The position numbers and the translations under genes are program-made. From an uncultured bacterium (GTDB taxonomy: Bacteria > Actinomycetota > Acidimicrobiia > Spongiisociales > ZC4RG35), in NCBI GenBank assembly GCA_963751005.1, contig CAVVSY010000004.1, positions 761,808-825,807 of the forward strand: a DNA stretch of 64,000 bases, read 5' to 3'. Every line of letters starts with the position of its first letter. Position 1 is the first letter of the stretch. Shown here in pieces: positions 20,674 to 31,540 of the stretch. The notes below the pieces were generated by a model. It was not told the origin of the DNA and did no database searches. It saw nothing but the letters and a program-made list of their open reading frames with translations.

Positions 20674-21772
20674 GGGTCGATCCCGCCCTCACCCGGACCA
20701 TCCTCCACCCCGACCCTGCGGTGCAGGAAGTCCTCGACATCTGGGCCGCCCGGTTCCTCCACAGCGGGGTGCCGCTGGGCGACCTCACCGGCACCGTGGC
20801 GCGCGTCCAGACCTGGGCCGACTGGGGCCCTGCCTGGATGGAGACTGCCGCGGTGCACGAGGAGATGGGGGAGCGGGCGCTCGACGAAGGGCGGACCATC
20901 TCCGCGGTCGGCTCGTTCATCAACGCCTCCAAGTCGTATCACCTCTCCTATTTCCTCTCCGTGGACGACGAGAAGGCTCACCTCCATGGCCTGGCCAAGA
21001 TGGTCGAGACCCACGATCGGGTGCTCCCCTACATGGAGCCGAAGGTCGAGAAGATCAGCATCCCCTTCCCCGAGGCCGACCTGCTCGGTCTGTTGAGCGT
21101 CCCCGTCGGGGAGCGCCGAGGTCCCGCTGGTGATCGTTCTCCCCGGTCTCGACTCGACCAAGGAGCAGCGTCATGGGGGCCGGGGCCCGTTGCTGCGGCG
21201 GGGCATGGCCGTGCTCAGCCTCGACGGCCCCGGCCAGGGCGAGATCAGCACGAAGCTGCCGATACGACACGACTTCGAAGTCGCCGTGGGGGCGGCGATC
21301 GACGCACTCGGCGTCGCACCCGCGGATCGACACCACCCGTGTCGGGCTCATCGGGGCGAGTCTCGGCGGGTACTACGCCTGCCGGGTCGCTGCGTTCGAG
21401 CCCAGGGTCACCGCCGCGGTGGCCAACTGCGGGCCTTACAGCTGGATCGAGTGCTGGGACGAGTTGCCCCAGGTGACCCGGGACGCCTTCCGCAAGTACT
21501 CCTGGTCGAGCTCGGAGGAGGAGGCCCGGGAGAAGGCCAAGGCCCTCGATCTCACGGGGGTAGCCGAGAAGATCGCCCAGCCTCTCGTGGTGGTTCACGG
21601 CATGCTCGACCCTTTGATCGGCGTCGACCATGCCGAGCGCATCGCCGAACAAGCGGCCGACGCCACCCTGATCAAGGTCGACGACGCCACCCATGGCGTC
21701 AGCAATCTCGGCTACCGATACGAGTCCTCGGGTCAACGACTGGATGGCGGACGAGACTCGGTGGCACGGTGA
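20670..21772 (+). pseudogene. alpha/beta hydrolase, DUF1100/2,6-dihydroxypseudooxynicotine-hydrolase-like, frameshifted
   Basis: Paralogous to 24824-25960 (EKISIPFPEADLLGLL vs VEIVEFEHQGETI; GASLGGYY nucleophile elbow). The C-terminus is in a shifted frame. Confidence 0.5.
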
Positions 21773-23644
21773 CATGACACCCGGCGACCAGGACACCTTC
21801 ACGGTCTCCGCCGACGGGATGTCGCATCGACTACCAGGTCCCGGTGGCGATGAGCGACGGCGCGGTCCTCCGCGCCGACGTGTTCCGGCCTGATGAGACC
21901 GGTCGGTACCCGGTGATCCTCTCCCATGGGGTCTACGCCAAGGGCCTCCCCTTCAACGGTCCCATCTATCAGATGCAGTGGGACAAGCTGCTGGCCAAGG
22001 ACCCGTCGGTCCTCGAGGGCTCCACGGGTAAGTACCAGGCGTGGGAGGTGGCCGACCCGGAGCGCTGGGTCCCCGACGGGTACGTGGTGGTGAGGGTCGA
22101 CTCCCGGGGCGCCGGCTGGTCGCCGGGCCTTCTCTGGCCGAGGAACCCGCTCGAGTACGACGACATCGCCGAGTCGGTGGAGTGGGCGGCATCCCAGTCC
22201 TGGAGCAATGGCCGGGTAGGGATCATGGGGATCTCCTACTACGCGGTGATGGCCTGGGCTGCGGCGGAGCGGCAGCCGGAGCATCTCTCCGCGTTCATCG
22301 CGTGGGAAGGGTTCAACGACCCCTATCGCGACGCCTACTACCACGGGGGCATCCTCTCCGAGTTCTCCAGGGAGTGGCAGAGACGTCAGATCGACCCCAT
22401 CCAGTATGGGAGGGGCTCGCGAGCCCCGACGAACCCCAACACCGGCCAGTCCGTGGCGGGGCCCGTCGACCTGTCCGAGGAGGAGCTCGCCGCCAACCGC
22501 ATCGACGCCTTCCCCGACATCAAAGGGCACCCGTTCTGCGACGAGTGGCATCGGGAGCGAGCCATCGACCTGAGCCGGGTGAACGTCCCGTTTCTCTCGG
22601 CGGCCAACTGGGGTGGGCAGGGCATCCACCCACGGGGAAACTTCAACGGGTTCGTCCACGCCGCCTCCTCCCAGAAATGGCTCGAAGCCCATGGCGACAC
22701 CCACTGGACCCACTTCTACTCCGCCTACGGGCGCGACCTGCAGAAGCGGTTCTTCGACCACTTCCTCAAGGGTCTCGACAACGGGTTCGACTCCTCGCCC
22801 CGGGTGCAGCTCAACATCCGCCATCCCGGTGAGAGGTTCGAATGGCGTGGCGAGGATGAGTGGCCCCTGGCGCGCACCGAGTGGACGGTCGTTCCACCTC
22901 CACGTCGACGGATCGCTCTCCACCGCTGCAGACAACGTCGGAGGCGCCCTCGAATACGAGGCATTGGGAGAAGGTCTCCATTTCTCCACGCCGCCCTTCG
23001 AGGAGGAGACCGAGATCACCGGGCCGCTGTCGGCGACGTTGTTCGTCTCATCGACCACGACCGACGCCGACCTCTTCCTCATCCTCCAGCTCTTCGACCC
23101 AGCGGGTGACGAGGTCACATTCGAAGGCTCCACCGACCCCAATACCCCAATCGCCAATGGCTGGCTGCGCGCGTCGCATCGCGCCCTGGATGCGGAGAGG
23201 AGCCTTCCCTGGCAGCCGTTCCACCCTCACGACCGGGCAGAGCCCATGAAGCCGGGTGAGATCTACCGGCTGGACATCGAGATCGTCCCCACCTGCATCG
23301 TGGTCCCTCCCGGCTACCGCCTCGGGCTCTGGGTGCGGGGCCGGGACTATGAGTACCGCGGGCCCCTCGACACCTACGGGCAGACCTTCTACTACGCCAC
23401 ACGAGGGACCGGCGGCATGACCCACGCCGACCCCGACGACCGACCCGACGGTGTCTTCGGGGGGTCAGTGTCGGTCCACGTCGGCGCCAACCACCCATCT
23501 CAGCTGTTGCTGCCGGTGATCCCCGCCTCGTTGACCGGTAGACGCCGAAGGTCGATCAGCCGCCGAGAGCGGGCGAGCTCGGGTCGATGCGACGCATGCC
23601 CCCGGGTGCGGCGTGGAGTGACACCCATCCAGCCTCGGCGATGA
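21730..23644 (+). pseudogene. CocE/NonD-family hydrolase (X-Pro dipeptidyl-peptidase S15-like), frameshifted; ends approximate
   Basis: AVLRADVFRPDETGRYPVILSHGVYAKG... GIMGISYYA... the C-terminal beta-sandwich (LFLILQLFDPAGDEVTFEG... HVGANHPSQLLLPVIP) lies in another frame. Confidence 0.5.
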
Positions 23645-24720
23645 CCCCCAGCTCCCCGGTCTGGACCCCGGCTCGCTCGTCGGGCGTGATGACATTGGGC
23701 TGTACCACCAGTGCCATGCCCTCTTCGAGCCGCATGTCGGGGATGGGGCGGTGGTCACGGCTGGCGCAACCCAGCACCGGAGGCAGGTAGCCACCGCCAT
23801 AACCGTGCACCAGATCGTCGTAGATGGTGAATCCGTTCTCCTCGATGACAGCCGAAGCCTCGACCAGCTCGCGGACATGGGCTCCGGGGCGAGCGGCGGC
23901 GGTCACCCTTCGAAACGCCTCTTCGGCGGTCCCATGGAGACGGATGAACAAGTCCTCGGGATCGGCGCCGACCGTGAACGTGCGCAGCACCTGACCGGCG
24001 TAGCCGAAGTAGGCGGCGCTGACCTCGCAGAACAAGACGTCGCCCACCTCGACGCGGCGGTCGGTGGGGAATTGGGCGGGCACGCACATCTTCGGATCGA
24101 TCATCGAGGTCACGGCGAAGTAGTGGATCTGGTTGGTGGCTCCTTCGCCCAGGTAGGCCGACTCGGCCAGGGCACCCAGGGATCGTTCATCCATGCCGGG
24201 CTGGAGACCATGCGCCACGGCTGCCACCGCGGCATCGGAGAGCCGTGCGGCTTCACGGAGACGGTCGATCTCCTCGGCCGACTTGACCAGCCGGAGCCGG
24301 GTGTAGGCCTGGTCGAGCGTCGTCAACTCACCGACTTCGGCACTGAGTCGCTGGTGAGCATCGAATCGAAGGGGCCCGAGCACGCCGATCCTCCGCGCCC
24401 CTCGCTGCCTCAGCAGACCGGCCACGGTCTCGATGGTGGATGGCCCGCCCCAGTGGACGTCGGCCGACCGGGCGAGGATCCGGGCATTGGGCAGGTGGTT
24501 GTAGTGCTGGACGAGGAGGACATCCTGTTCACCGGGAGCGAAGATCAACGCGGCCTCCTGGGTGACCGGCCATTCGGAGACCCATTCCACTGCGGTGCCC
24601 ACCCGGTTCGACCCGTAGATCACGAGCAGGTCGACACCTGCCTCGCCCATCGTCTCCTCGAGAGCGCTCCGGCGTCTCGTCATCTCGGCGGATGAGAAAC
24701 GGGGGTAGCCATCACCCATG
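23556..24720 (-). CDS. M24-family metallopeptidase (creatinase/Xaa-Pro aminopeptidase-like)
   Basis: Creatinase-N-like N-terminal domain plus a pita-bread domain (HGYGGGYLPP... ALVVQPNV); intact. Confidence 0.75.
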
Positions 24721-24774
24721 ACACGTCCTTCCACTCGACCTCGGGTCCCGTCGCGGCAACCTAGCCTGCATCCC

Positions 24775-24793
24775 GCTGCAATCGATTTCGCGG
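24775..24793. promoter_or_regulatory. LacI-type operator-like site GCAATCGATTTCGC
   Basis: Half-site GCAATCG matches the recurrent motif; between the divergent M24 peptidase and alpha/beta hydrolase genes. Confidence 0.3.
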
Positions 24794-24823
24794 CTAGGGT
24801 GACCCACCCCCGATCAGGAGACA

Positions 24824-25960
24824 GTGGTGACACTCGAACTCGGATTCGCCCCCAACGAAGACCCCTTCGTCGTCGTCCACGGCGGCTTCTACAGACGCTG
24901 GTACTCGATGGTCGACGACATCTCCGAGCTGGAGACGGCGGTCGCCGGCCTCGAAGGGACCACCGAGGACAAATGGGTTCCGGTGTGGGACGAGTTGGGT
25001 CGTCGCCACGAGGCGGAGGGTGACCGTCTCGAGGAGGCCGGGGACTACGAAGGCTCCAGACGTGAGTATCTCCAGGCGAAGACCTTCTATGCGATTGGGC
25101 GCTTCCCCGGCGAGATCTCGGAGGTGAAGCGGCGGATCAGCGCCGACTGCGCTCGCGCCTACCGGAAGGCGAATGCGCATCTCGATCCCCCGGTGGAGAT
25201 CGTGGAGTTCGAGCATCAGGGCGAGACGATCCGGTCACACTTCCGCGCTCCCGTCGCGGACGCCCCGGTGCCGGCCGTCCTCATCATGTGTGGCGCCGAC
25301 GTGTTCAAGGAGGACCGGGGTTGGGCCCAGGACCTCTGTATCGAGAACGGCATGGCCGCGCTGGTGATGGATGCCCCGGGGACGGGAGAGAACCCCATCC
25401 CGTGGGCACCGGAATCGGTCAGCGCCTGGGTGGCGGCGATCGACTATCTCGCCGGCCGGCCCGAGGTGGACGGCGACCGGATCGGGGCCTTCGGCATCAG
25501 CCGGGGCGGGTACTCGGTCATGCAGCTCGCCGGCACGGCGCCGGACAAGGTCAAGGCGGTGGTGGCCAACGCCGGGCACCCGTTTGGCTACGTCATGGGT
25601 GACGAGGAGTTGGAGGAGTTCGTCCGGGTCCGCAACGAGCGAGCCACCTGGAAGTTCGGCGCGCCGGATGACCCACCGTCGTTCCCGCCCACCTCGGTCG
25701 AACAGGAGCGCGCCGACTTCTCCCGGTGGGCCCTCTCCGAGCAGGGGATTCTCGACAACATCACGATGCCGGTGTTCATGATCAACGGCAAGCTCGACCA
25801 TCTCGCCCCGATCGGGAACATCTACTTCATGCTCGAGACCGGCCCGGCCACGGGGAAGGAGGCGCGCGTCTACGCCGACGCCGGGCACTGCGCCTTCAAG
25901 TACCACGATCACTGGGCTCCGGCGACATTCCAATGGCTGGCGGAGAAGCTGGGCCGATGA
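24824..25960 (+). CDS. alpha/beta hydrolase, DUF1100/DHPON-hydrolase-like
   Basis: GISRGGYS nucleophile elbow; intact 378 aa; paralog of 20670-21772. Confidence 0.7.
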   Translation: MVTLELGFAPNEDPFVVVHGGFYRRWYSMVDDISELETAVAGLEGTTEDKWVPVWDELGRRHEAEGDRLEEAGDYEGSRREYLQAKTFYAIGRFPGEISEVKRRISADCARAYRKANAHLDPPVEIVEFEHQGETIRSHFRAPVADAPVPAVLIMCGADVFKEDRGWAQDLCIENGMAALVMDAPGTGENPIPWAPESVSAWVAAIDYLAGRPEVDGDRIGAFGISRGGYSVMQLAGTAPDKVKAVVANAGHPFGYVMGDEELEEFVRVRNERATWKFGAPDDPPSFPPTSVEQERADFSRWALSEQGILDNITMPVFMINGKLDHLAPIGNIYFMLETGPATGKEARVYADAGHCAFKYHDHWAPATFQWLAEKLGR

Positions 25961-26745
25961 CCGCGGGCGTCCCCCTCGACCCGGCGGATCACGCCGAGGG
26001 CTATCGCAAGTGGGTCGAGTACATCGCCCACAATCATCACGCCGCCAACCCGCTGACGGTGGAGACTCAGCAGTTCACCCCCCTGGCCAAGCCACTGGCC
26101 GAGTCGAGGGTCGCCCTGGTCAGCTCGGCCGGCGTCCATCTCGACGACCAGGAGCCGTTCCACATCGCCACGGTCGCCGGGGACCCCAGCTTTCGCGTGC
26201 TCGCCGACGACCTCGATCCCGGCAGACTTCGCTTCACGCACACCCACTACGACACCAAGTCGGCGGAGGCAGATCCAAATGTGGTGTTCCCCATCGATCG
26301 ACTCCACGAGGCGGTCGCACGACGGCCGCATCGGCTCCGCCTCCCCGGTGCACGTGGGGATGATGGGGTTCAACCCCGATCCCACCCCGATCGCCGAGGC
26401 GATCGGCGCCGGAAGTGGCGGCCGTCTTGGCCGGGGAGGGCGTGGACGTCGTGGTCCTGGTGCCCGGCTGACCGATGTGCCACCGGTCGGTCGGCCTGGT
26501 TCAGAGTCAGCTCGAGGGTGCGGGGATGAGCACGGTGAGCCTGTGTCTCCGCCCCGACATCTCGTTTGCGATGAAAGTGCCGCGAGCCGCCTACGTGCGC
26601 TTCCCCTTGGGCAACCCCCTCGGGGAGCCGGGTCGCCCCGACCAGCAGCGAAGGATCCTCGACGACCTCTTCGAGCTCCTGGAGACCGCCGAGGAGCCGG
26701 GGATAGTCGAGCTTCCCTACCGTTGGCGGCGATGGCTGTGAAGCC
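25957..26745 (+). CDS. glycine/sarcosine/betaine/D-proline reductase selenoprotein-B family (PrdB/GrdB-like) protein, 2 frameshifts, with in-frame TGA (26469-26471) giving a U-P-M-C motif
   Basis: RVALVSSAGVHLDD... FTHTHYD... VDVVVLVPG-TGA-PMCHRSVGL... the C-terminus RAAYVRFPLGNPLGEPGRPDQQRRILDDLFELLE is typical of PF07355-like proteins. Family assignment is from memory of motifs. Confidence 0.5.
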
Positions 26746-27028
26746 GCACGAGGTGGTGACGGAGCGGACGAAGGCACTGGAGGCCAGCTTCTACGAGCTG
26801 CTCGGCGTCTGTGACGCCTACCGCAGCGAGGTCACCGGGCTGATCGCCGCCGAGACGGGCGGCGGCCGAGCCCCGGGCCCAGCTCATCCACCGTCTCGAG
26901 CAGATGTCGGGGCGGATGAATCGCGATCATCGCGATCCTCGAGGATGACGTCCTCACCGAGATGCTCCCCATGATCGACCGCCTGTTCGCTCTGGAGCGG
27001 GCGGAGCGGGGCGAGGACATCTGACCGG

Positions 27029-28251
27029 TCACACCACCAGCAGCTCGTGGGGGAACCTGGTCACCTTCTCGTTGCCACCCTCGGTGAGGACATAGGTTCG
27101 TCCGAAGAAGATGCCGAACAGCCCATCGGGGGTGATGATCGTCGGCTCGAGCATCGCCACCGTCCCCGGCTCCAAGGATCTGCTCGTCGTCCTCGGCCAC
27201 CACGTGGTCCCACATCACATGGGGGGGATGGCTGACGAAGTCGATGCAGTGGAGGAACAGGGACCGCGAGTCGTATCCCATGTCTCGGAAGAAGGCACTC
27301 GACTTCATGACCTCGTCCCAGGTGTTGCCACCCACCAACTGCTCGGCCATGAGGTCGTACCCGGGGAGGACCACGCTCTCGTAGAACTCCCGGATCCAGG
27401 ACGGGGGCTCGCCGATGCAGATGGGGGTTCCCAACTGGACGGAGTAGCCGTTGTAGCCACATGCCAGCTCGTTGATCACGATGTCGCCCTGTCTGCAGCT
27501 CGCGACCGGACGGCCATGGGTTGCCGAAGACCATCCCGGGGCTCTTCGTGGGCGTCGAGCCGATGATGGTGAAGTCCATCTGCCCGCCACCGTCCAGCAC
27601 CGCATGGGTGGCTGCCGCCGCCAGCTGATACTCGGTGATCCCGGGTCGGGCCACCGCGGCCATGGCATAGAAGGCCTGGTCCATGAGCTGACCCGCCTTG
27701 CGGACACACTCGATCTCCTCGGCGCTCTTCACGTGGACGAGCTCGTGGAAGAAGTCTCCGACCCTCTCCAAGGTCGCCTCCGGCATCCCGTCACGGAGCC
27801 GCTCCCATTCGTCGACCGGGAGGTGGTGGCCGTAGACCGGGTCGACGCAGGAGATGCCGATGGTGCCATCGGCGAGACCCCATTCCTCGATCAGCTCGAC
27901 GATCACATCCCCGGAGCGGCCCCAGCGCGAGTCACGGACATCGGCTATCGGGGTGGCGCGCCGAACCGCCTCCCGGTGTGCCCCGCCCGGGCCACAGATC
28001 AACACGGGGTCCCCCTCGGGCGGGACGACGACATACGCCGACATCCCGTGCCATTCCCAATGGTTGCTGAGCCAGCGCATCCCACCGCCCCAGCTCCAGT
28101 GATTGGGCCCGCCGGAGGCGATGAGCACGTCGAGACCGAGCCGACGCATCTTCTCCCGTGTCGCCGCGAAGCGCCGCTGGTACTCGGCGTCCGAGAATCG
28201 CTCGTAGACCGCGTCGGCATACCAGGGCGAGTTCGTGATCCTCCCGAACAC
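27029..28251 (-). pseudogene. M24-family metallopeptidase (creatinase/Xaa-Pro dipeptidase-like), paralog 2, frameshifted
   Basis: Creatinase-N-like N-terminus intact; the pita-bread domain (DIVINELACGYNGYSVQ... C-terminal GRTYVLTEGGNEKVTRFPHELLVV*) lies in other frames. Confidence 0.55.
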
Positions 28252-28317
28252 CTCGGTGTGGAGCTTCCCGGCAGCGTCCTTGAAATCGACGTCACCTGGG
28301 GTGATCGGCGCGAGTCA

Positions 28318-29299
28318 TCAGGAAACCGAATCCAGCAGACCGAGGCCATCCAGGTCGGCGCGCAATGCGTCGATCCGATCCTCGCTCATCGGGATCAGCG
28401 GCGGGCGCACCGGGCCCTGGGGCAGACCCATCAGACCGAGCCACGTCTTGAGCTCGGCGATCGGGATCGCCCCCTCGCCTTGTGCCAGCCACTGGTCGCG
28501 CATCCAGCGCTGGAAGGCATCGCGCTCCGGCCCCAGCGTCGACTGGAGTGCCTGCGCTCCGTCGATGTCGCCGGAGTCGGCCATGCGGGTGTAGTCGTGG
28601 ATCGGGCGATGGCTCGGTGTCTGGTACATCGCCAGCGCCGGCGTCGACATCAGCGACCTGAAGCCATGCTCGAGGTGGAGGCTCCAGCCAGTCGCCTTCG
28701 TCGGCGTCGCAAACCACGATCCGGTCGCCGACCCGGTCCTGGACCTCGAGGAGATGCTCTCTCGACTTGGGGTTCTTGATCCCGCAGACCGTCTCGAGCT
28801 CACTCAGCTCGGCGATCAGACTCGGGCTGAGTGCGTAGCCGGAGTAGGAGGTGTTGAAGAGGAAGAAGGGCACCGAGGACTCCGCGGTCAGCCTGCGGTA
28901 CCAGTCACGGACGATGTCGTCGGAGGGCTTGATCGGGAAGTAGGGGTTCATCGCGATGACGAAGTCGGCGCCGATCTGCTCGGCGTGACGACTCAGCTGG
29001 GCGGCCTCGGAGTAGACGTGATGGCCGATGTGGGCCATCACCGGGACCCGGCCCGCGGCGGCACCCACCACGAGCTCGTGACACCGCGCTCGCTCCTCGA
29101 CGGTCATCGACCAGAACTCACCCATGACGCCGCCACAGAAGATCCCATCCACGCCCAGACCCTCGATGTAGTAGTCGACCGATTTGCGGAGGAGGCCCTC
29201 GTCGATCTCGAGGTCGGGAGTGAACGGAGTGGGGATGGCGATCCACAGACCCCCCACCTTCTCGAACGCAGTCTGCTTGGCCGGGCTCAGGGCAGTCAT
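28318..29299 (-). CDS. dihydrodipicolinate synthase/N-acetylneuraminate lyase (DapA) family protein, frameshift near 28700
   Basis: GLWIAIPTPFTPD... GIFCGGVMGEF... VCGIKN (Schiff-base Lys region); the C-terminus lies in the frame of ORF 28318-28803. Confidence 0.6.
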
Positions 29300-29372
29300 G
29301 GCATGGACTCCTCTCATCGGACCAGGGCCCCGTCATCGGCGGACGGGGCGTGCTCGACATCGGACGCTAGCA

Positions 29373-29390
29373 GCGCATACGTTTGTGCGC
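29373..29390. promoter_or_regulatory. LacI-type operator-like site GCGCATACGTTTGTGCGC
   Basis: ACGTTTGTGC matches the recurrent motif; divergent promoter between the two DapA-family genes. Confidence 0.35.
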
Positions 29391-29403
29391 TTAGACTCGC
29401 CCG

Positions 29404-30420
29404 ATGAGCTCGGAGTACACCAGGGCAGAGGCGAAGAGCTGGGCGAGGGAGAGCTTTCGCGGGGCGTGCAACGTCATCATCCCCTCCTATTCGGCGGATC
29501 TGAAGACCCTGAACGAGACCGCGATCCGACACGACGTCCGCCGCAACATGGAGCTGGGGTTCTGGGGTGCGTTGCTGGTCTCCGAGGCGGGGACCACCCT
29601 GGACGAGATGCGGAGGTTCATGGAGATCGCACTCGACGAGGCCGCCGGCGGACATCGCTTCCTCCTCCAGGGGGCGTTCGACACGCCTGAGGACATCATC
29701 GCCATGGCCAACGATGCCAGGGCCGTCGGGATCGACGGGATGCTGCTCGGTCACCCCAACAGCTTCTATCCGACCTCCGCCCAACAGGTGGAGGACTACA
29801 CGGTCGACATCTGCTCGGCGACCGACCTCGCGGTGGTCCTCTTCGTCGTGGAGCACTCCAACTTGAGACGTCTCGACGTGCGTGGCTTCCCCGCCGACGT
29901 GTTGGAGCGATTGACCAAGGTGGACACGATCGTGGCGGTCAAGTACGAGGTGGGGCGACAGGAGACGACCAACACCTACGAGACCTTCCGTCGTCTTCAG
30001 GACGCCGACGTCCTGCTCTCCGATCCGATGGAGTTCACCGCGCCGATGTGGGTCGACCTGTTCGGGATGCAGTGGATGGGGACGAGCAACTACGAGTACT
30101 ACGGGTCGTATGTGCCCCGGCTCCTCGAACTGCTCCACGCCGGTCGGACGACCGAGGCCATGGAGGAGTTCTGGCGGATCCAGCCGGCGCGCAACGCCCG
30201 CTCGGCCACGATGAGCTCGGGTGGCGCCAACCTCGTCCACCGCTATGTCTGGAAGTTCCAGGCATGGCTCAACGGCTACAACGGCGGGCCGATCCGACAG
30301 CCGGTGATGAAGATCTCCGAGTCCCAGATGCGAACCGCGGCCGAGGGGGCGCGCAAAGCCGGCATCACCTCGGCGGACGAGCCCTTCGCCGACTTCTTCG
30401 TCGGGCGCAACCCGGTCTGA
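29404..30420 (+). CDS. DapA-family (dihydrodipicolinate synthase-like) lyase, paralog 2
   Basis: Intact 338 aa; VAVKYEVG lysine region; DapA-like TIM barrel. Confidence 0.75.
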   Translation: MSSEYTRAEAKSWARESFRGACNVIIPSYSADLKTLNETAIRHDVRRNMELGFWGALLVSEAGTTLDEMRRFMEIALDEAAGGHRFLLQGAFDTPEDIIAMANDARAVGIDGMLLGHPNSFYPTSAQQVEDYTVDICSATDLAVVLFVVEHSNLRRLDVRGFPADVLERLTKVDTIVAVKYEVGRQETTNTYETFRRLQDADVLLSDPMEFTAPMWVDLFGMQWMGTSNYEYYGSYVPRLLELLHAGRTTEAMEEFWRIQPARNARSATMSSGGANLVHRYVWKFQAWLNGYNGGPIRQPVMKISESQMRTAAEGARKAGITSADEPFADFFVGRNPV

Positions 30421-30422
30421 CG

Positions 30423-31410
30423 ATGAGGATCCTCGACGCCGCGACCGTGGCCGAGCTGATCGATGAGGCATCGGTCCTCGATTCGATCCGGGAGTTGTTC
30501 ACGACCCAGGGCTCTGCCGGCGAGGTCGGCTACGCCCGGGTCGACCTCGACCACCCGGCCGGCTGGCTTCGCGCCCTCCCCGCCTATGTGGTCCCACAAG
30601 GACCTGCTCGGGTTCAAGGTCCTGCATCGCACCGAGGGCGTCGGGATGAGATACACGATCTACGTCCACCGGCTCGGCACCGGGGAGCTGGTGGGCGTGG
30701 TCGATGGCCTCGAGGTCACCAATCTGCGGACCGGGGCAGTCTCCGCGGTCGCCACCGAGCATCTCGCCTCACCCGAGGTGCCGGCCGCGGCCATCATCGG
30801 CACCGGGCCGGTGGCTCGAGGCCAGCTGCGGGCGTTGGAGCTGGTTCGCCCCGCCGAGGAGATCCGTGTCTTCGCCAGGACGGAGGAGAATCGCAAGGCC
30901 TTCGTCGACGAGATGGCACGGTTCGTGTCGGGCCGGCTCGTCGCGACGGCGACGCTCGAAGCGGCAATCGAGGGAGCCTCGATCGTCACCTTGGCCACCA
31001 AGGCCTCCGCCCCGGTGCTCACCGCGGCGCATCTCCAGCCCGGGGTGCACGTCAACTCGGTCGGTCCCGCGAGCCGGGATCGGGTCGAGGTCGACCCCGG
31101 GATCTTCAAGAGCTTCGACCTGGTGGTCTGTGACTCGGTGGCTCTCGTTCTCGACGAGGCGGGTGACGCCTATCAAGCGGTCCTGGCCCATGGTCTCGAC
31201 GCAGGCCGAGTCACCGAGTTGAGCGACGTCGTCTCCGGCCGGTCACCGGGACGTGTCGATCGTGACCAGATGACGTTGTTCAAGTCGGTGGGCACCGGTG
31301 CCCAGGACCTGGTCGTGGCGTCCCTCCTCCTCGACCGCGCCGCAGCCCTGGGGATGGGCACCGTCGTGACCGACCTCAGCTCGGTGAAACCGCTCCCGTC
31401 GTCTCGTTAG
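30423..31410 (+). CDS. ornithine cyclodeaminase/mu-crystallin family protein, frameshift near 30600
   Basis: AAIIGTGPVARGQLRAL Rossmann motif... LATKASAPVL... FKSVGTGAQDLVVA. Confidence 0.65.
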
Positions 31411-31477
31411 GCGCGAACCGCCCGTCGCGGTCGAGACCCCGGAATCGGTTGACAGTCGCTCGATGCCGAGGGGTAGC

Positions 31478-31492
31478 GTGCAAACGATTGGG
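31478..31492. promoter_or_regulatory. LacI-type operator GCAAACGATTGG
   Basis: Reverse complement CCAATCGTTTGC; 50 bp upstream of the SBP start. Confidence 0.4.
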
Positions 31493-31540
31493 CTGGCATC
31501 GAGCCCGTTCTGGTGGAGACAAACATTGAGGAGGACTCCC

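Noticed and set aside
19264-21476. Very long ORFs 19264-20673 and 20265-21476 reported as single proteins
   Set aside because: They run through several real genes in wrong frames. Only short segments match protein families. The real genes are frameshifted pieces in other frames.
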